DNA of 64,000 nucleotides from contig NW_026515673.1 of the NCBI RefSeq assembly GCF_025526975.1, positions 496,001 to 560,000 of the forward strand, read 5' to 3'. Positions 33,111-47,006 of this stretch are shown one piece after another; the stretch's first letter is position 1, and each line of letters begins with the position of its first letter. Origin of the DNA: Fimicolochytrium jonesii. Taxonomy: Eukaryota. Both the position numbers and the translations under genes were made by a program. Below the pieces are notes generated by a model that did not search any database, was not told the DNA's origin, and worked only from the letters and a program-made list of their open reading frames with translations.

Positions 33111-36100
33111 ATGTTCAACGGTGATGCCGACAGTGTGTTCGACCTGTTCGACGAAGAAGGAGAAGATGCACCCGTCATTGTGCCCAGCATATCGTTGAAA
33201 CGCAAAGAACCGACCCATGGACAGAAGGTTGAAGGGTCCGCAGAGAAGAAAGTGAAAACGGCGGATTTCCGGTCAATGCAGATGGATGCGGAGATGCCGG
33301 TCGTAGCGGATGACGTGGAAGAGAGCGTTGACCACCAATTCGAGCTTGGGCCCGACGCATTAGCAGGTGATCTGGATGCGAAATCCTCGGCTGACGGACA
33401 GGCCGCCGCTAGCGATGCAAGTGCAGTGAATGGTGACGGGAAGCCGGTCGACGAAAAAGGAAAGCCCCTCGTCATCAAGCATCAAGTCAGGCATCAGGTT
33501 GCACTTCCACCAAACTTTCCATACGTGCCAATATCGCAACATGTACCGCCCGAAGAGCCCGCCAGAGTGTATCCGTTTGTCCTCGATCCTTTCCAACGAA
33601 CTGCTATCCACAGTATTCAGAGAGAAGAATCCGTACTGGTTGCTGCCCATACCAGTGCTGGTAAAACAGTCGTGGCCGAGTATGCCATCGCACATAGTCT
33701 GAAGAGGAAGCAGCGTGTTATCTACACGAGTCCCATCAAGGTATGCACTCAATCTGCACATCGAGGCTCTCGCGATATGTAACTCACACGAACATTGTGT
33801 ATAGGCTTTATCAAATCAAAAGTACAGAGAGTTGCTGCAGGAGTTTGGGGATGTTGGGTTGATGACCGGTGATGTCACCATCAATCCGCAGGCCGGATGT
33901 CTCGTCATGACGACTGAGATTCTGCGATCCATGCTGTATCGGGGAAGTGAGATCATCAGAGAAGTTGCGTGGATCATTTTCGACGAAGTGCATTACATGA
34001 GAGACAAAGGTGGGTTTGCATTGCCGTCCTTCCCTACAAATTCATTTGTCTAATGCTCCAACTTACCCAAACCAGTTCGTGGTGTCGTGTGGGAGGAAAC
34101 AATCATTCTGATACCCGATAAAGTTCACTTCGTCTTCCTGTCCGCGACAATTCCGAACGCCATGCAATTCGCCGAATGGATCTGCAAAATGCACAAGCAG
34201 CCATGCCACGTTGTCTACACTGATTTCCGACCAACGCCATTGCAGCACTATTTGTTCCCTGCTGGCGGCGATGGTATCCATTTGGCGGTCGATGAAAAGA
34301 GCGTCTTCCGAGAGGATAACTTCCAGCGTGCGATTGCCCAATTAGGCGGAGAGAAAAGTGATGGTGGGAGAGGTGGAGGACGAGGAGGGAGAGGTGGCAG
34401 AGGAGGAAGGGGCGGCAGAGGTGGGGGTAGAGGCGGGAAAGTCGATCAAAGTACAGCAGGTACGTAAGCCAACCCACAGCCTTTGCAGATTCGGAGACCT
34501 AACACAGTCCATACAGGAACAACCGACTTGTACAAGATCATCAAGATGATCATGACGAAAAACTATCACCCGGTCATCGTTTTCTCCTTCTCAAAGCGTG
34601 AATGTGAGGGGAACGCATTGATTCTGTCCAAACTGGACCTCACGAGCACCGAGGAGAAAGCAATGGTGGACGCCATTTTCAATAATGCCATCGCATCGCT
34701 GAGCGAAGACGATCGCGGCCTGCCGCAGATTGAGCATCTATTGCCGCTGCTTAGACGTGGAATCGGAATCCATCACTCTGGACTGCTGCCCATCTTGAAG
34801 GAAGTGATCGAGATTCTCTTCCAAGAGGGTTTGCTGAAGGTCTTGTTCGCGACAGAGACGTTCTCCATCGGTCTGAACATGCCTGCCAAAACCGTCGTGT
34901 TCACTGCAGTACGAAAGTGGGATGGGAAGGAACAACGTTACCTCGGCGGAGGAGAGTACATTCAAATGAGTGGACGTGCCGGACGTCGTGGTCTGGATGA
35001 TCGTGGAATCGTCATTCTTATGATTGATGAGAAAATGGAACCCGATGTTGCCAAGACGATGTTGAAAGGAGTCGCTGACCCACTCAACTCCGCGTTCCAT
35101 CTGACGTACTCGATGATTCTGAACCTGCTTCGCATCGAAGGAATCAGCCCGGAATTCATTCTGGAAAGGAGTTTCATTCAGTTCCAAGCGCACTCGAAAA
35201 TACCAGAACTCAAGAAAGGTTCGTACATTCCCCTTGCATGAGATTTTCCATGTGATTTAAGTTAACAACCCGTTTCTGCGTGCAGAACTGTCTATTTACG
35301 AACGGCGTATCGATCAGTTGGTCATCCCGCAAGAGCAGCAGATTCAGGAATACTACCAGATCCGACAACAACTTGATCAGTACAATCGTGATATCCGCGA
35401 CGTTGTGAACCACCCTCAGCATTGCTTAGCGTTTGCGCAAGCCGGCCGTCTCGTTCATATTCGGATAAAGGCGCCATCGGAGTCAGAGGACAAGGAGTAC
35501 GATTTTGGCTGGGGTATAGTCATCAACTTCACCAAGATTGTACCAAAGATCAAGGGCAACGACATGACGGCAGCCCCGGAAGCACCAAAGATCGTCGTCG
35601 ATGTCTTGATGCGCTGTGCACCGGGAACGGAGAACGGAAGCAAAACGCCGAAGCCCTGTCCACCAGACGTTGAGAAGGGCGACATGCTCGTGATACCATG
35701 TACTTTGAGCTCGATCGCCGGATGGAGCAGTGTCCGAGTGCACGTTCAGACCAAGGACGTGAAGAGCGCCGACTACAGGAATCAGATGTGGAAGACCTTG
35801 AGGGAAGTCGGAAAGCGCTTCCCTGATGGAGTACCGCACTTGGACCCCGTTGAGGATATGAGAATCGTGGACGATGGTTTCAAGAAGCTCTTGAAGGTAC
35901 CTTCGACTAGCGTGGAGAAAGGTTGCAATGGTACTGATTGCCTTACCCTTTAAATAGCGAGTCGCCCTCTTAGAGCAGAAGCTCTTCTCAAACCCACTTC
36001 ATGGCTCCACCGAACTCAACGACCTCTACGACCTGTTCGAAACCAAAGTTGAGCTCAACTCCAAGATGAAGGAGATGAAGAAACAGATTTCGGCAACAGA

Positions 36101-36844
36101 AAGCGTCGTCCAGTTGGAAGAATTGAAGTGTAGACGACGAGTATTACGACGACTCGGGTACACCACCGACGCGGACGTCATTGAGATGAAAGGACGGGTC
36201 GCTTGTGAGATCTCGGCGGGAGACGAGCTGCTGCTTACGGAAATGATCTTCAACGGTGCTTTCAACGATCTGACGGTCGACCAGGTCGTCAGTTTGTTGA
36301 GCTGCTTCACTTTCGGTGAGAAGGTAAGCCTTCATCACTCAAGCTAAAGTCGTCTTGCGCAATTTATCTGATCACTGGTATTCCTCAGGTGAGCGACACT
36401 CCCGCAAAAGTCCGCGAAGACCTAGCCGTGCCGCTCCGCCAGATGCAAGAATCCGCCCGCCGAATCGCGCGCGTGTCGCAGGAATCGAAACTGACCATCG
36501 ACGAAGAAGAGTACATCCAGTCGTTCCGCCCGGAGCTGATGGACGTGACTTACGCGTGGTGCCAAGGAGCCAAGTTCAGCCAGATTTGCAAAATGACCGA
36601 TGTCTTTGAGGGCAGTATCATTCGCTCTATGAGGAGGCTGGAGGAGCTGTTGAGGCAGATGGTTGCTGCTGCTAAGAGCATTGGAAACACGGATCTGGAG
36701 AACAAGTTTGCGGAAGGTATGGACCAGCTGTTTCCTTTTCCCTTCCCCGTGTGTTCTTGGTGTTTCTGAGACTGACTGTTGCATATTGCAGGCATCAACA
36801 AGATCAAGCGCGATATCGTCTTCGCCGGAAGCTTGTACCTGTGA
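33111..36844 (+). CDS. MTR4: Exosome-associated RNA helicase Mtr4/Dob1, multi-exon
   Basis: [46 protein letters not shown], arch/KOW region, C-terminal [13 protein letters not shown]. Confidence 0.95.
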
Positions 36845-37253
36845 GGACTAGTTGTCGACTTTCCCACAAACGTTTGACGGGCCTTCCCCAAGTGCATGCG
36901 GATTATTTGAACACTTGCCCGCTGTCTACCAACAACAGCCGACGTCACCAACCTCGCTACCACCAGCCATGCTGCCAATACTAATAGCTCGGTGTGGAAA
37001 AGCAAGTCGATCATTGTTTATGAGTTTGTACCTATCTACTTAGAGCATCGGGGGGGATCAACATTAGCGAATCATACCTCACCCCGATCCAATGTATCTG
37101 ATTTTTTGCGTTTATGTCATATGAAACATTTGATACACTCCGAGAGTTACGGGCGGGAACTCTCCCATGCAGTACGCCGCATTCCAAACCCTTCCACACG
37201 CAAAATGCTATATTACTAATGATTACTGAGCCTATTCTACATGCAAGAACCCA

Positions 37254-40200
37254 TCACTTCAACTGCGCCCAATGGGCCAGGAAGTTGCTCATCCGCGTCG
37301 CATCGAAGCCGAGCGCGTGCTGGGTGATGAATTTGATCATGAGTTTGGGATTCTCAGCCGTCATTTCATCGCACGCCTGCTTCGTTAGCCGCCACACGAC
37401 CACGTCGGTTGCGGCGACGAGGCGGCAGGTGTGTGGGCGGTTGGAGAAGAGTTCGAGCTCGCCGACCTGCAAGAAAAAAAAAAGGCGGGTGTGAGTATGC
37501 GCATACGAAATATCGCATCGGTGTTGAATGAGAATCACGCGGTACAATGCCCCACTTACCATCGCACCAGGCAACAACGTCTCCACAACCTTCAACTTAT
37601 CCGTCCTACTCTCATTGTCAGGTATCGAAAGCACAAGCTCCCCCTGCTGCACAAGGTAGATATCCCTCGACTCCTCACCGGGTATCCAAAACACCGTATG
37701 TTTCACCGCCTCGACGCGCTCGAACCGTGATTCGACGAACCGGAGCAGTTCTGCGTCAAAGTCTTGCGGTTCGGACGAGGCTTGGAGGAGCGCGGCGACG
37801 ATGCCGAGGTGCTCGGCGGCGGGGGGTGGGGTTATGGGGGTTTCTTTGAAGACTAGGGAGGCGGCGTTGAGGACGGCGACTTGGCGGGGGGTTACGCCGA
37901 GGCCTGTGTCTTTGCGTTGGTTGACGCGGTCTGCGATGTCGTGTCTTGTTGGGATTTCTATGAATACGAAGGCAGGAGGATATCAGTATTCCGCTGCAAA
38001 TGGGTTATCTTGTATTGAAAAGACGTCACTGAACATACCCATGCCAACACCAGCGGGTACAAGATCCTTCCTCGTCATCGTATGATAATACGTAACAAGC
38101 AACTGATTCTCGCACCACTCCAGCGCCTCATTGACATCCTCAAACGCATGTATCAGAAAATCGCTAATAAGATCGTCCTCAACCTCCTCCTCCTCAAACA
38201 ACCCACTCTGCGCCAACGTCCTCCCCACCGTCGACAGCCCGGCAAACACAAGATGGATGTTCTTCTCACGCAGCACGCGCTTGATACGGTGGAAGGATTC
38301 CAGGGCCGAATAGTCGATTCCGTAGATGAGGGAAAAGTCGAGGACGATGAAGCGAAGTTGGGAGTGCGACGCGATGGACGACGCGATATGAACGTCGAGC
38401 TGGTTGATGGTTCCAAAGAAGATGAACCCTTGCAATTTAATGATCTGGATCTGGTCGCCGACCTGGTCCAAGAACGCTTGCTGCCTATAAAGACGATGCA
38501 CAGTCGACCGAAGCTGCGCGCCACTGTACGTAGACCGAATCACCGACCGGCGCGCGTACATCACGACAAAGAAGATACACGCCATGATGACTCCCGCGAG
38601 GATACCCTCAGTGAACCCGACGATGCCCATGATGGACACGATCGAGAGGATGGTCATGTATTCGAGCATGTGGATGCCGGTGTTCCACGTGTCCCAGACG
38701 CTCTCTTTGAGGAGGTCGATGCCGAGGTGGAAGATGAGGGAGCCGACGACGATGGTGGGGACAAAGCCGATCACTTTCCCGCCTGCCATCCAGACCGCGC
38801 CTGTGCCTAGGGCGAGGAGGAGGCCGCCGGTTACGGAATTGCCGCCGGATCGGATGTATAGGATCGAGTTGGAGTAAACGAGGTAGTTCTGAGTCGTTCC
38901 GAAGAGACCGGAGACGAGGTTACTGACTCCATGGCCGATGAGTTCGCGGTTCAGGTCAACGTCTTGGTGGGTCGACACGGCCAGCGCTGGCACGTTGATC
39001 GGAACATGCAGGATCCCAAAAAAAGCCAGCGCGAGTTGCGTCGGTATAGTGGCCGGGATAGCGCCCCAATCCACGACCCCAAAATCAAAGTAGGTCCAGA
39101 ACTCGTAGAACTTAGCCGGTGGGCCCTCAGGGAGACTGATAAGCCATCCCGCGGACCGGACATCCTCGATGGAGAAACGGCCGATGAAGACGATGATGTA
39201 GAATAAGATCGGGATGCACACGTAGAAGATGGGGACGAAGAGGGCGTGGTGGATACGCCGTTGCATCAACTTGAGGGAGATGGCCAGTGCCAGGGATGCG
39301 CCCCAAAGCTTGAACGAGGAGAGTTGGAAGATGTCGTGCAGGTACTGCATGGTGTATGCGGTGGTGATGCCCGTGGTGACTTCGACACCTGTTAACAGCA
39401 GGAAGAAACCGATGCCTCCGATGCAACCCACGAGAATGTGACGTGGGAAGAACTGGACAAGGTTTCCGAGTTTGAAGATTCCGAGGAGGAGGAATACGGT
39501 TCCTGTTAGCAGCGTACTCATGGCGTACGCGACCATGATGGTCGCCAGGATGGCATGATTGCTTGAACCACGCATTTCGGAATGGATTGTCCGGCATATT
39601 ATATGCAAGAAGGGCATGACTTCAATCATCTTCAGAATTGAAAACCGTGAGATGTGTGGCCTTTCGTGGCTGAATGTGACCGCGCCTAAATCAAACTTAC
39701 CATGCTTCCAACGGCTCCTTTGAAAGCAGATCCACCAAGGGTATATACAAGTTGGGAGATGACCGTACTAAAAGAGTGAATGGATCGCGTCACTAGGTGC
39801 CTCCCGGGAAGATTCGATAACAGGCGCTTCCTCACCTCGCCAAAAACATGGAAATGCCACTTTGAATAGCAGTGTCGGGTATATAACCATCCGCGCTAGG
39901 GAAAATGATGATACCATAGGACATCTGTTGAAGCGTAGAGATGAGAAACGATCCAGGTATATCCAGGGTCCTCTCGAGTGATGAACATACCGCATCCAGC
40001 AGATTGAGAATTAAAGCCAAAACGACCGCGGGCATAGTAGCAAACACAAAGCCAATGTAGTTCACAATGTCTCTCGGCCGGAAAGCTTTCAGATGAGCGT
40101 GGTACTTCGAGCTATAATCGCCGAATCGTCCTGTCAAGGTGTGGCGCCGGGAGCCGCGATCCGCAGCGATGTGCCTCGGTAATGCCTCGACATCGTGGTC

Positions 40201-41281
40201 GTACTCTCGTGGGGCGTGGCGACTTGGCGACGCTTTGCGTTGTTGCCTACCAGCAAGCCATTTCTGGTTTTGTGCGCCCCTTTCTGCGTTTTCCTGCAAA
40301 AGCGGTGTCGATTCGGAGGATGGGTCCTCACCCTCGCCTTCATGTTCATCAGCAATTGTTTGCTCCTCTACCGAGAGTGCAAGTTGGCGAAGAGCGCTGA
40401 GCTGCGAAACCTGTCGCTGACGTGCAAAAGCGTCCTGTTTGCTCGGACTCAGAGCGGCATCAAATGACGCCGTCCTCTTCCCTTTTGATGGACGCTTCAT
40501 ATCGTCTGCCCGTTCCTCGCTACTCATCGAGCCTTTCCCCAGCGGGGAAGCCGTGCCTACACGATACGATCGCGTATCCGCCTTGTAGGACTGGGGTTCA
40601 AGCGACGGCTTGCTTGATGCCAGTTGTAGTTCGCGGTATGTCCATGAAAGGGTTTGCTGACGGTTTTCAGCTGCTGAGCGCGTTAACGAATCTTCATTGA
40701 ATGCTGTCAACAAGAAATTGAGACAACTGGTTAGGATTCGCGTGTGATGGTCCGACGGTTGGATGGTTGAATGACACCCTGCTCGCTCCGCTCGCGACGA
40801 GAAGTTTGGGCTGGGTCGATGAGGGGAGTATTGCGCCTTTGGCGCAAGGAACTCGCTCCGCTCCGGCTCCCATCGCACACCAGAAGGCGTTCGCGTCGAC
40901 CTATCGTTCTCCCACACCGAACCATCCCTGCGCCTCGCTTCGCTCGTTGCAGACAACAACCATCGCTCACGTCGCTCGCGACTCCCGTTACTCACACTCG
41001 TCAGACCTCGGATTGGAGCTAGAATAGTAGCTTCTGGAGAGAGGAACACTGAGCCTTCCTTTGCCAAAAGAGTTCGCTCTAGTGAGTCTTGTCGAGCCTG
41101 ACGGCAACACCGGAGTAGTACTGGTTGGTGAGAGTTCGCCCGTTAGGTGGTCGTCCTCCGTTTCCGGGGTAGCTTTTCTGACGGGTATGGGTATGGAGGA
41201 AGTTGAGGAACTAGCCGAGTGGGGCTCGATGGCGTCAGTCGGGTCCTCGTTGTTGTTGTTGTTGTTGTGATTGGAGGCCAT
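37254..41281 (-). CDS. SulP/SLC26-family transporter with STAS and C-terminal cNMP-binding domains (Vsb1/YGR125W-like), multi-exon
   Basis: MIEVMPFLH, FFPRHILVGCIGGIG, ILHVPINVPAL, STVHR, KLQGFIFFGT, NEALEWCEN, LYLVQQGEL..GELELF. Confidence 0.88.
40704..40995 (-). repeat. Unusually long (292 nt) first intron of the SulP gene containing copy B of the dispersed structured element
   Basis: GTGAGT donor at 40995, CTAAC branch ~40730, CAG acceptor at 40704; splicing gives ..RSDE-S-FNEDS in frame; homology to 2237-2407. Confidence 0.7.
41249..41267. repeat. (GTT)n microsatellite encoding poly-Asn at the SulP N-terminus
   Basis: Read directly; MASNHNNNNNNE. Confidence 0.85.
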
Positions 41282-42005
41282 AGCTTATGTCTTATGCCTG
41301 GGAATGGAGAACGTGCTGTCGTCTGAGAGGAGAGCCAGCCTTACACCCCCTCTAACAGTTAAGTCCGCCGGTTCGACGAGTGCCAGTGTAACCCCAAGCT
41401 TGTGTTGTCCCCCCGACTACCGCACTTCGCAAGGGTTGCGGAATTCTCGGGCCCAAATGACGCCTTTCGTATGACCGCAGCGAGTGACAGGGTCTGCGTC
41501 TCCAAGCGGCGTTTGCCTTTGAGGGAGGGGATACTGTATGAGTGGAGGGAGGACAGTGGAGGCCCGCAGTCCATACAGTCCACACACAAGAGACGGGGGG
41601 GGAAGGCCGTGAGAAAAAAGCGGAGGGCCCGATGGAAAGTGAAGCCCCCGATTCGCCTTCCTGACAATCGACCCCCATTATTATGGGAGGGACTCGCATG
41701 AGTCGCATCTCGCGATCGATGATGTCAAAAGTGCAGCCTCACTTGCGTTCGTTTAGTGACTCTAAGTCTCTGTGATTCGCACCAAGAGATCGACCCGCGC
41801 ACCATCCAGAGTCACAAATGAAATGCTGGGCTCCTCCCGCTACCATGTGGATTGTGGCAGCAACACTCGGAAGACGCGCCCCCATTGGCTGCCCGCCAAT
41901 TTGATGGCTCTGGGTTTTGCGTTTCGCTCAACCCTCGCGCTTTCCTTTCCTTTTCGCACACCCCCCTTTTTTTTTTCTATTCAGTACAGTATATACGACT
42001 CTGTT

Positions 42006-45000
42006 ATGAGGCATACCCTGCGCTATGCCCGGGTGCTGCCCAACCATAGAGGCATTCGTCTGGCAAGCTCTTTTTTCGGTCGTTTTGGCCGGCGCCTGAG
42101 GTATGAAGTTCGGAAACGCGAGGCAATCTCAACAAACGACGATTGCGATTCTAATGACCTTTCGTCGCGTCGCCAGCAGAGAACCTCCAGCCGACGTCCC
42201 TTGGCCTCAGGTGGAGAACCATACCTCGATGCATCATGGGCGGAGTAGGACCGATCCGTTCAAATACATGGAAGACGCGCGGGATGAGGTTCGCACACTC
42301 GTCGCCGCGTGGTTAAATAATAACGCGGGCTGGAGCTGTTTCCCGGTCGACAGAGAACAAAGGCCGCATACTTTGCCGAAAGCAGGTCCGATTGAACCTC
42401 GTTTGGTTGGAAGTGCGCCCGGTTATTGAAGTTTCCGTGGAAATCATGGAATACAGATACGCAGAGCATCAACTACGAAAGGCAGGGAGCTTGACCCGGC
42501 GTCTCGCTAAGGTTGAATTACAGGACCTCCTCCTTAGAATACCATCGATCGGTTCATTGGCGTTGAAGTTTGACATCCACAGGAGCTCCATCGGACAATC
42601 CCATCCGCCAGTCCTCGCGACCTGCCCGATCAAATCGGACCGTGGCTATACTGGACGAAATGGGTGGACGGAGGAGTGATACATATGCGAAAGCATGTGG
42701 ATGTCGGCGTCGATGTATGTTTAGCAGTAATCCCAGTCGGAAATCCTTGGAGTAACGAAAAATGAAACGACAATCTCGCTAGGAAATCCTTTTGGACACC
42801 AGATATGTGCCCAACAATGTCACAAAATGCTCGATATCGGATGATCACAAAGTCTTGGCATATCTTACGGCCAAAGCAACCGATGAGCAAGGAACTTTAC
42901 ATATTCTGCCCCTTGGTGGCCGATCCGAGGCCGACGGAACACCGCGGGTGATGGTATGCAACACCTTATTGCACCCTGGAATATATCGTCGATGTCGGAC
43001 ATGACCATTTCCGGAATAGGCCCACCGCGTGACCGGCGTTTTCAACTTTGTGTGGGCAGATGGTCATAGATCCATATACTATACCCGACTGGATCCAACA
43101 CTGCGGGCCTTAAAGGTGCATAATCCCGCGAGGGCCAGGCTGGACTCGTGCGATCCATGGGGGTGGGCTGACGAGCATTCCGTCAGGTGTACAAACATTC
43201 TGTACTCGATCATGGAACAGAGGATGCGTTGATGTACGAGGAGGCGGACGAAGCGTTTTTTTTGGATGTATCTAGCAGTAGGGATAAGGTAGCTTCTAGC
43301 TTTGAAGACTCGTTAGCATCTCGGGATTAGCATACCTATTGATCATCCCTTGTACGTAGAGATATGTATTCATCAATTGTAATTCCACCGAGACTTCTGA
43401 AGCATTGGCTATCCGGTCCGATCCGAGTGGGTCTGAGATATCTGCAACACCCGTTGTGGTCATCCCTAGATCAACAGGCACCAACTACTTCGTGGATCAC
43501 CATGGGGTGAGCAAAACTCGCCACCCGCTCTCTTTCGCTGCCCCTTACATATACCGCATTCCGAACTAGGACTCTTTCTACCTCCTCCACAACCATCAAT
43601 CCCCAACAATGTCCCTCGGCGCCCTCCCCTCCACCCTCTCAAAAGCCACATGGTCCGCCGTCCAACCCATCATCACAACCGACTCCGACAGCACAATCGA
43701 AGGCATCGAGCTCTTCCGCGACTTTGCGTTCTTGTACGGCAAGGAACGCGGCGTGGCTGAGTTGACGTGTTTTGACTTTAGAACTCGTGAGACGGTGGTT
43801 GTCGAGACGGAGGAGAAGATCGCGAGTGCTGCTCCTGGGACGAACTTGGTATGGCGCGGTGGTGCGATGGATGTGTGTGCGGGGGGAAAGTTTCGCTGAT
43901 GGGATTTTTGTTTTTGTGTAGACGTATGACACCGCCAAGGTCCGCTTTAAATCCTCCTCGCCGTTAGTGATGGATAAAGTGTATGAATATGACATGGAGC
44001 TGAGGACGCTCAGGACACTGTCATGTCAGAGACCTGAAGGTAATGCAAAAAGTCATGTGTCGACGCATCAGCACTGGGGCAGAAGTGCTGATATCCCGTG
44101 TCCAGGCATCAACCCGGACGATTTTGTAGTCGAACGTGTGTTCGTGAGTGCTAGGGACGGTGTGCAGGTTCCCGTCACACTCTTACGGCCAAAGTCGAGG
44201 ATACGGGATGGCAGGTAAGGGTCATATCTGGTTCGCTGGCAGAGTATCCCCTACCCTCCTCCTCCTGACAATCTTGATACACAGGAACCCAGTAGTCATC
44301 CGCGCGTACGGTGCTTACGGTACGACATTCTCATCTCTCCCGAGTACTGCACAACACTCTCCATTGACGCCGGGATATAACAGGAGTCAGCCTCGAGCCC
44401 CATTTCCGCCTCGAAGCCATGCCCCTAATCCGACGCGGATTCATCATTGCCTTGGCGCATGTCAGGTAAATGCCCGCGAGCCCTAAAATGCATCCCAGGG
44501 ACCGGAGTTGATCACAATATTGATTCCACCTGTAGGGGCGGCAGCGAGATGGGAGCTGCGTGGTATGACATGGGCCGACTGATGAACAAGCGGAATTCGA
44601 TGAACGATCTTGTCGATGTTGTCGAATATCTCGTGAGGGAGAGGTGGACTGAGCCGGGGTTGGTGGTTGGGCATGGGACGAGTGCTGGGGGTATGCTCGT
44701 CGGTATGTCGCAGTTTGAAGCCCCACCCACAAGACATCCATCGCATCTCACACACTGATCCGCAACCCCAGCAAGCGCCTGGCATCAAAGACCGGACCTT
44801 TTCCGCTGCCTCATCCTGCACGTCCCCTTCCTCGACCCCCTCTCCTCCATGCTCTCCGCCACCTCTCCGCTCGCACCCGCCGAACGCAGCGAATGGGGCG
44901 ACCCCCTCACTTCCCCCGCCGCATTCGACTACATCTCCTCCTACGCGCCCTACGACAACCTCTCAAGTGTCTCCGCGGGGTGCAGGACGAGTATGTTGGT

Positions 45001-45235
45001 GACGGTGTCGAGTGAGGATATGAGGGTGCCGGCTTGGCAGGGGTTGAAGTGGGTGAGTAGGTTGAGGAGGGGGTGGCCGGGGGTTTATGGACCGGGGGTG
45101 GAGGGGAAGGGAGGGCCGAGGCTGCTGTTGAGGGTGGTGGATGATCAGGGGCATGTTGTGGGTACGATGGGGGGCAGGTTGGAGAGAGCGGCGGTGGAGT
45201 GTGGGTTTATTTTGAGGGAGCTGGGTATGGAGTAG
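42006..45235 (+). CDS. S9A prolyl oligopeptidase family protein (oligopeptidase B/PREPL-like), many introns, possible mitochondrial presequence
   Basis: DPFKYME, SARDGVQVPVTL, AYGAYG, AHVRGGSEMG..WY, nucleophile GTSAGG, VPFLD, EWGDP, SYAPYDN, D.RV, GH; Arg-rich N-terminus. Confidence 0.85.
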
Positions 45236-45379
45236 TAGGGAGGGTTATCGCCCCGTGAAAGTGAAGTATCTCACCTTTTATGGCCCTGTTGAACTTAAAT
45301 ATGAGCGCACCTTTTCGCATAACCTGGTATGGGCTCCGTGATAAATATGGACGTCTGATGTGTCCTGCCTAGAAATCTG

Positions 45380-47006
45380 ATGAGAAAGGTGAGCCGAACG
45401 TGGCTTGATTGGATGCGCGGCGGCGACGCGTTCAAAGCACGGCCAGTGGTCACACCCAAAGCCACGGCAAGGCCCACTCATATAGACCGGATCGGTTGGG
45501 AAACCCCCTTCGACGCTTCGGTCATTCCAAACGTCTCGACGAGGTCCTCCCACAGGGTACAGCAAGCAACAACCACCTTCCGCTCTTTCCTTAAAGGACC
45601 TCATTTTCCCTCTCCCGCTGCTGCCCCAGGGAGGTACCTCGTCGTCATGTTGACCTCCGACCAAACCCATACCTCCTTAGACTTGCTGAGTTCGTACCCT
45701 GCCCTGTATGTGAGCGGTCTGTTGCCGACCATCAACGAACTGGACATTGCGAACGTCTTGAATAATATCGGGATGGAAGCTAAAGTTCGGATCGAACGGG
45801 ACGCTCAGACGGGCGCTCCGTTGGGGACTATTATCTTTCGCCACCTTCCCGACGGTACTGTCGTCTTGGCTCTTGACTCAGTGGGCAGCGCAGTGGAGAC
45901 TCACTATACTTTTCAATAGCCCTTCGCTTCTACGCAACGGTCAACGGAAGCATGTTTCTGGGCAGCAAAGCTCATTTAACGTTCAAAGACGGGAACATGA
46001 ATTTTTCGACCACCTCCGGGGCCAAACCGATAGTCGCGAAACATATCCCACTCGGAATCAATTCCCTGGCCTTCTACGACCAAGTCGTTGGTTTTGGTCC
46101 GATCATGTCATGCAAAGTCATGCTTGATCGGTGCGGAACTGAGGCGTTTGCGCTGCTGCAATTTGAGAAACAGGATGATGCGGAGAGGTGTTTGGCGCAG
46201 ATGAACGGGACGTCTGTTCGCGGAAAGACTTTGTAAGTGTGACATGGTGATTCGGACGTCCTCTGCTGTCTCAGCAAGCTCATAATGAACGGAATGAACG
46301 CTGCAGGGCCCTCGCATGGAAATACGAAAAGAAGAGCCCCTACCAGTACCCATCCGTGCGCCCGTCCTCCACTCTCTTCGGCCAACAAAGTTCTGCAGAC
46401 ACCACCGACGCACCTCAGGCGTCCAGCAGTCACGTATCGACCTCATCCATCAAGACCGTCGCACAAGCAAACCAATGGGGACCGCTTACCCCACCAGGGT
46501 CACCATCTGTGACCACCCTAGTTGAGAAGAAAACTCCCAACCCCAACGCCGCACCATGGACTCCGTCGGCCAGCCCTGAATCTAGCCCGGGCTACCCGTT
46601 CCCTGCATCCGCAAGCGGGACCGTCGAAGCCAACACAACTGTGGACTGGAAAAAGGCGTGGGAAGCCAAGAACGCTCCTGTCCCACCTATTTCCCGTACC
46701 CTGGACGCCAGGAACCTGTACGTCAAGAACCTCGAGGACTCCGTCGACAATGTCGAGCTCTTCAACATGTTCCGCAAATTCGGCCGCGTCATCTCCGCCC
46801 GTGTGATGAGAGACGAGCCGGATGGGACAAGCAGAGGTTTTGGATTTGTCTCGTTTGACACTGCCGAGCAGGCTGCTCGCGCGTTGCAGGAGATGCATGG
46901 CGCGGAGTTTGGCCGAAAGACGCTTGTCGTTAACATCGCTGAACCGAAGGGGTACCGGCAGACAAAGTTGGCGCGGATTCATGGTGCCAAAGTCGGCAGC
47001 GTATGA
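45380..47006 (+). CDS. Multi-RRM RNA-binding protein (3 RRMs, PABP-like), 3 exons
   Basis: LYVSGL, FGPIMSCKVM..FALLQF, NLYVKNL..FGRVISARVM..SRGFGFVSF. Confidence 0.82.

Noticed and set aside
40704..41067. ORF 39832-41067 reading through the long intron
   Set aside because: The open frame is explained by GC-rich repeat sequence; canonical splice signals join the ATG exon (41281) in frame
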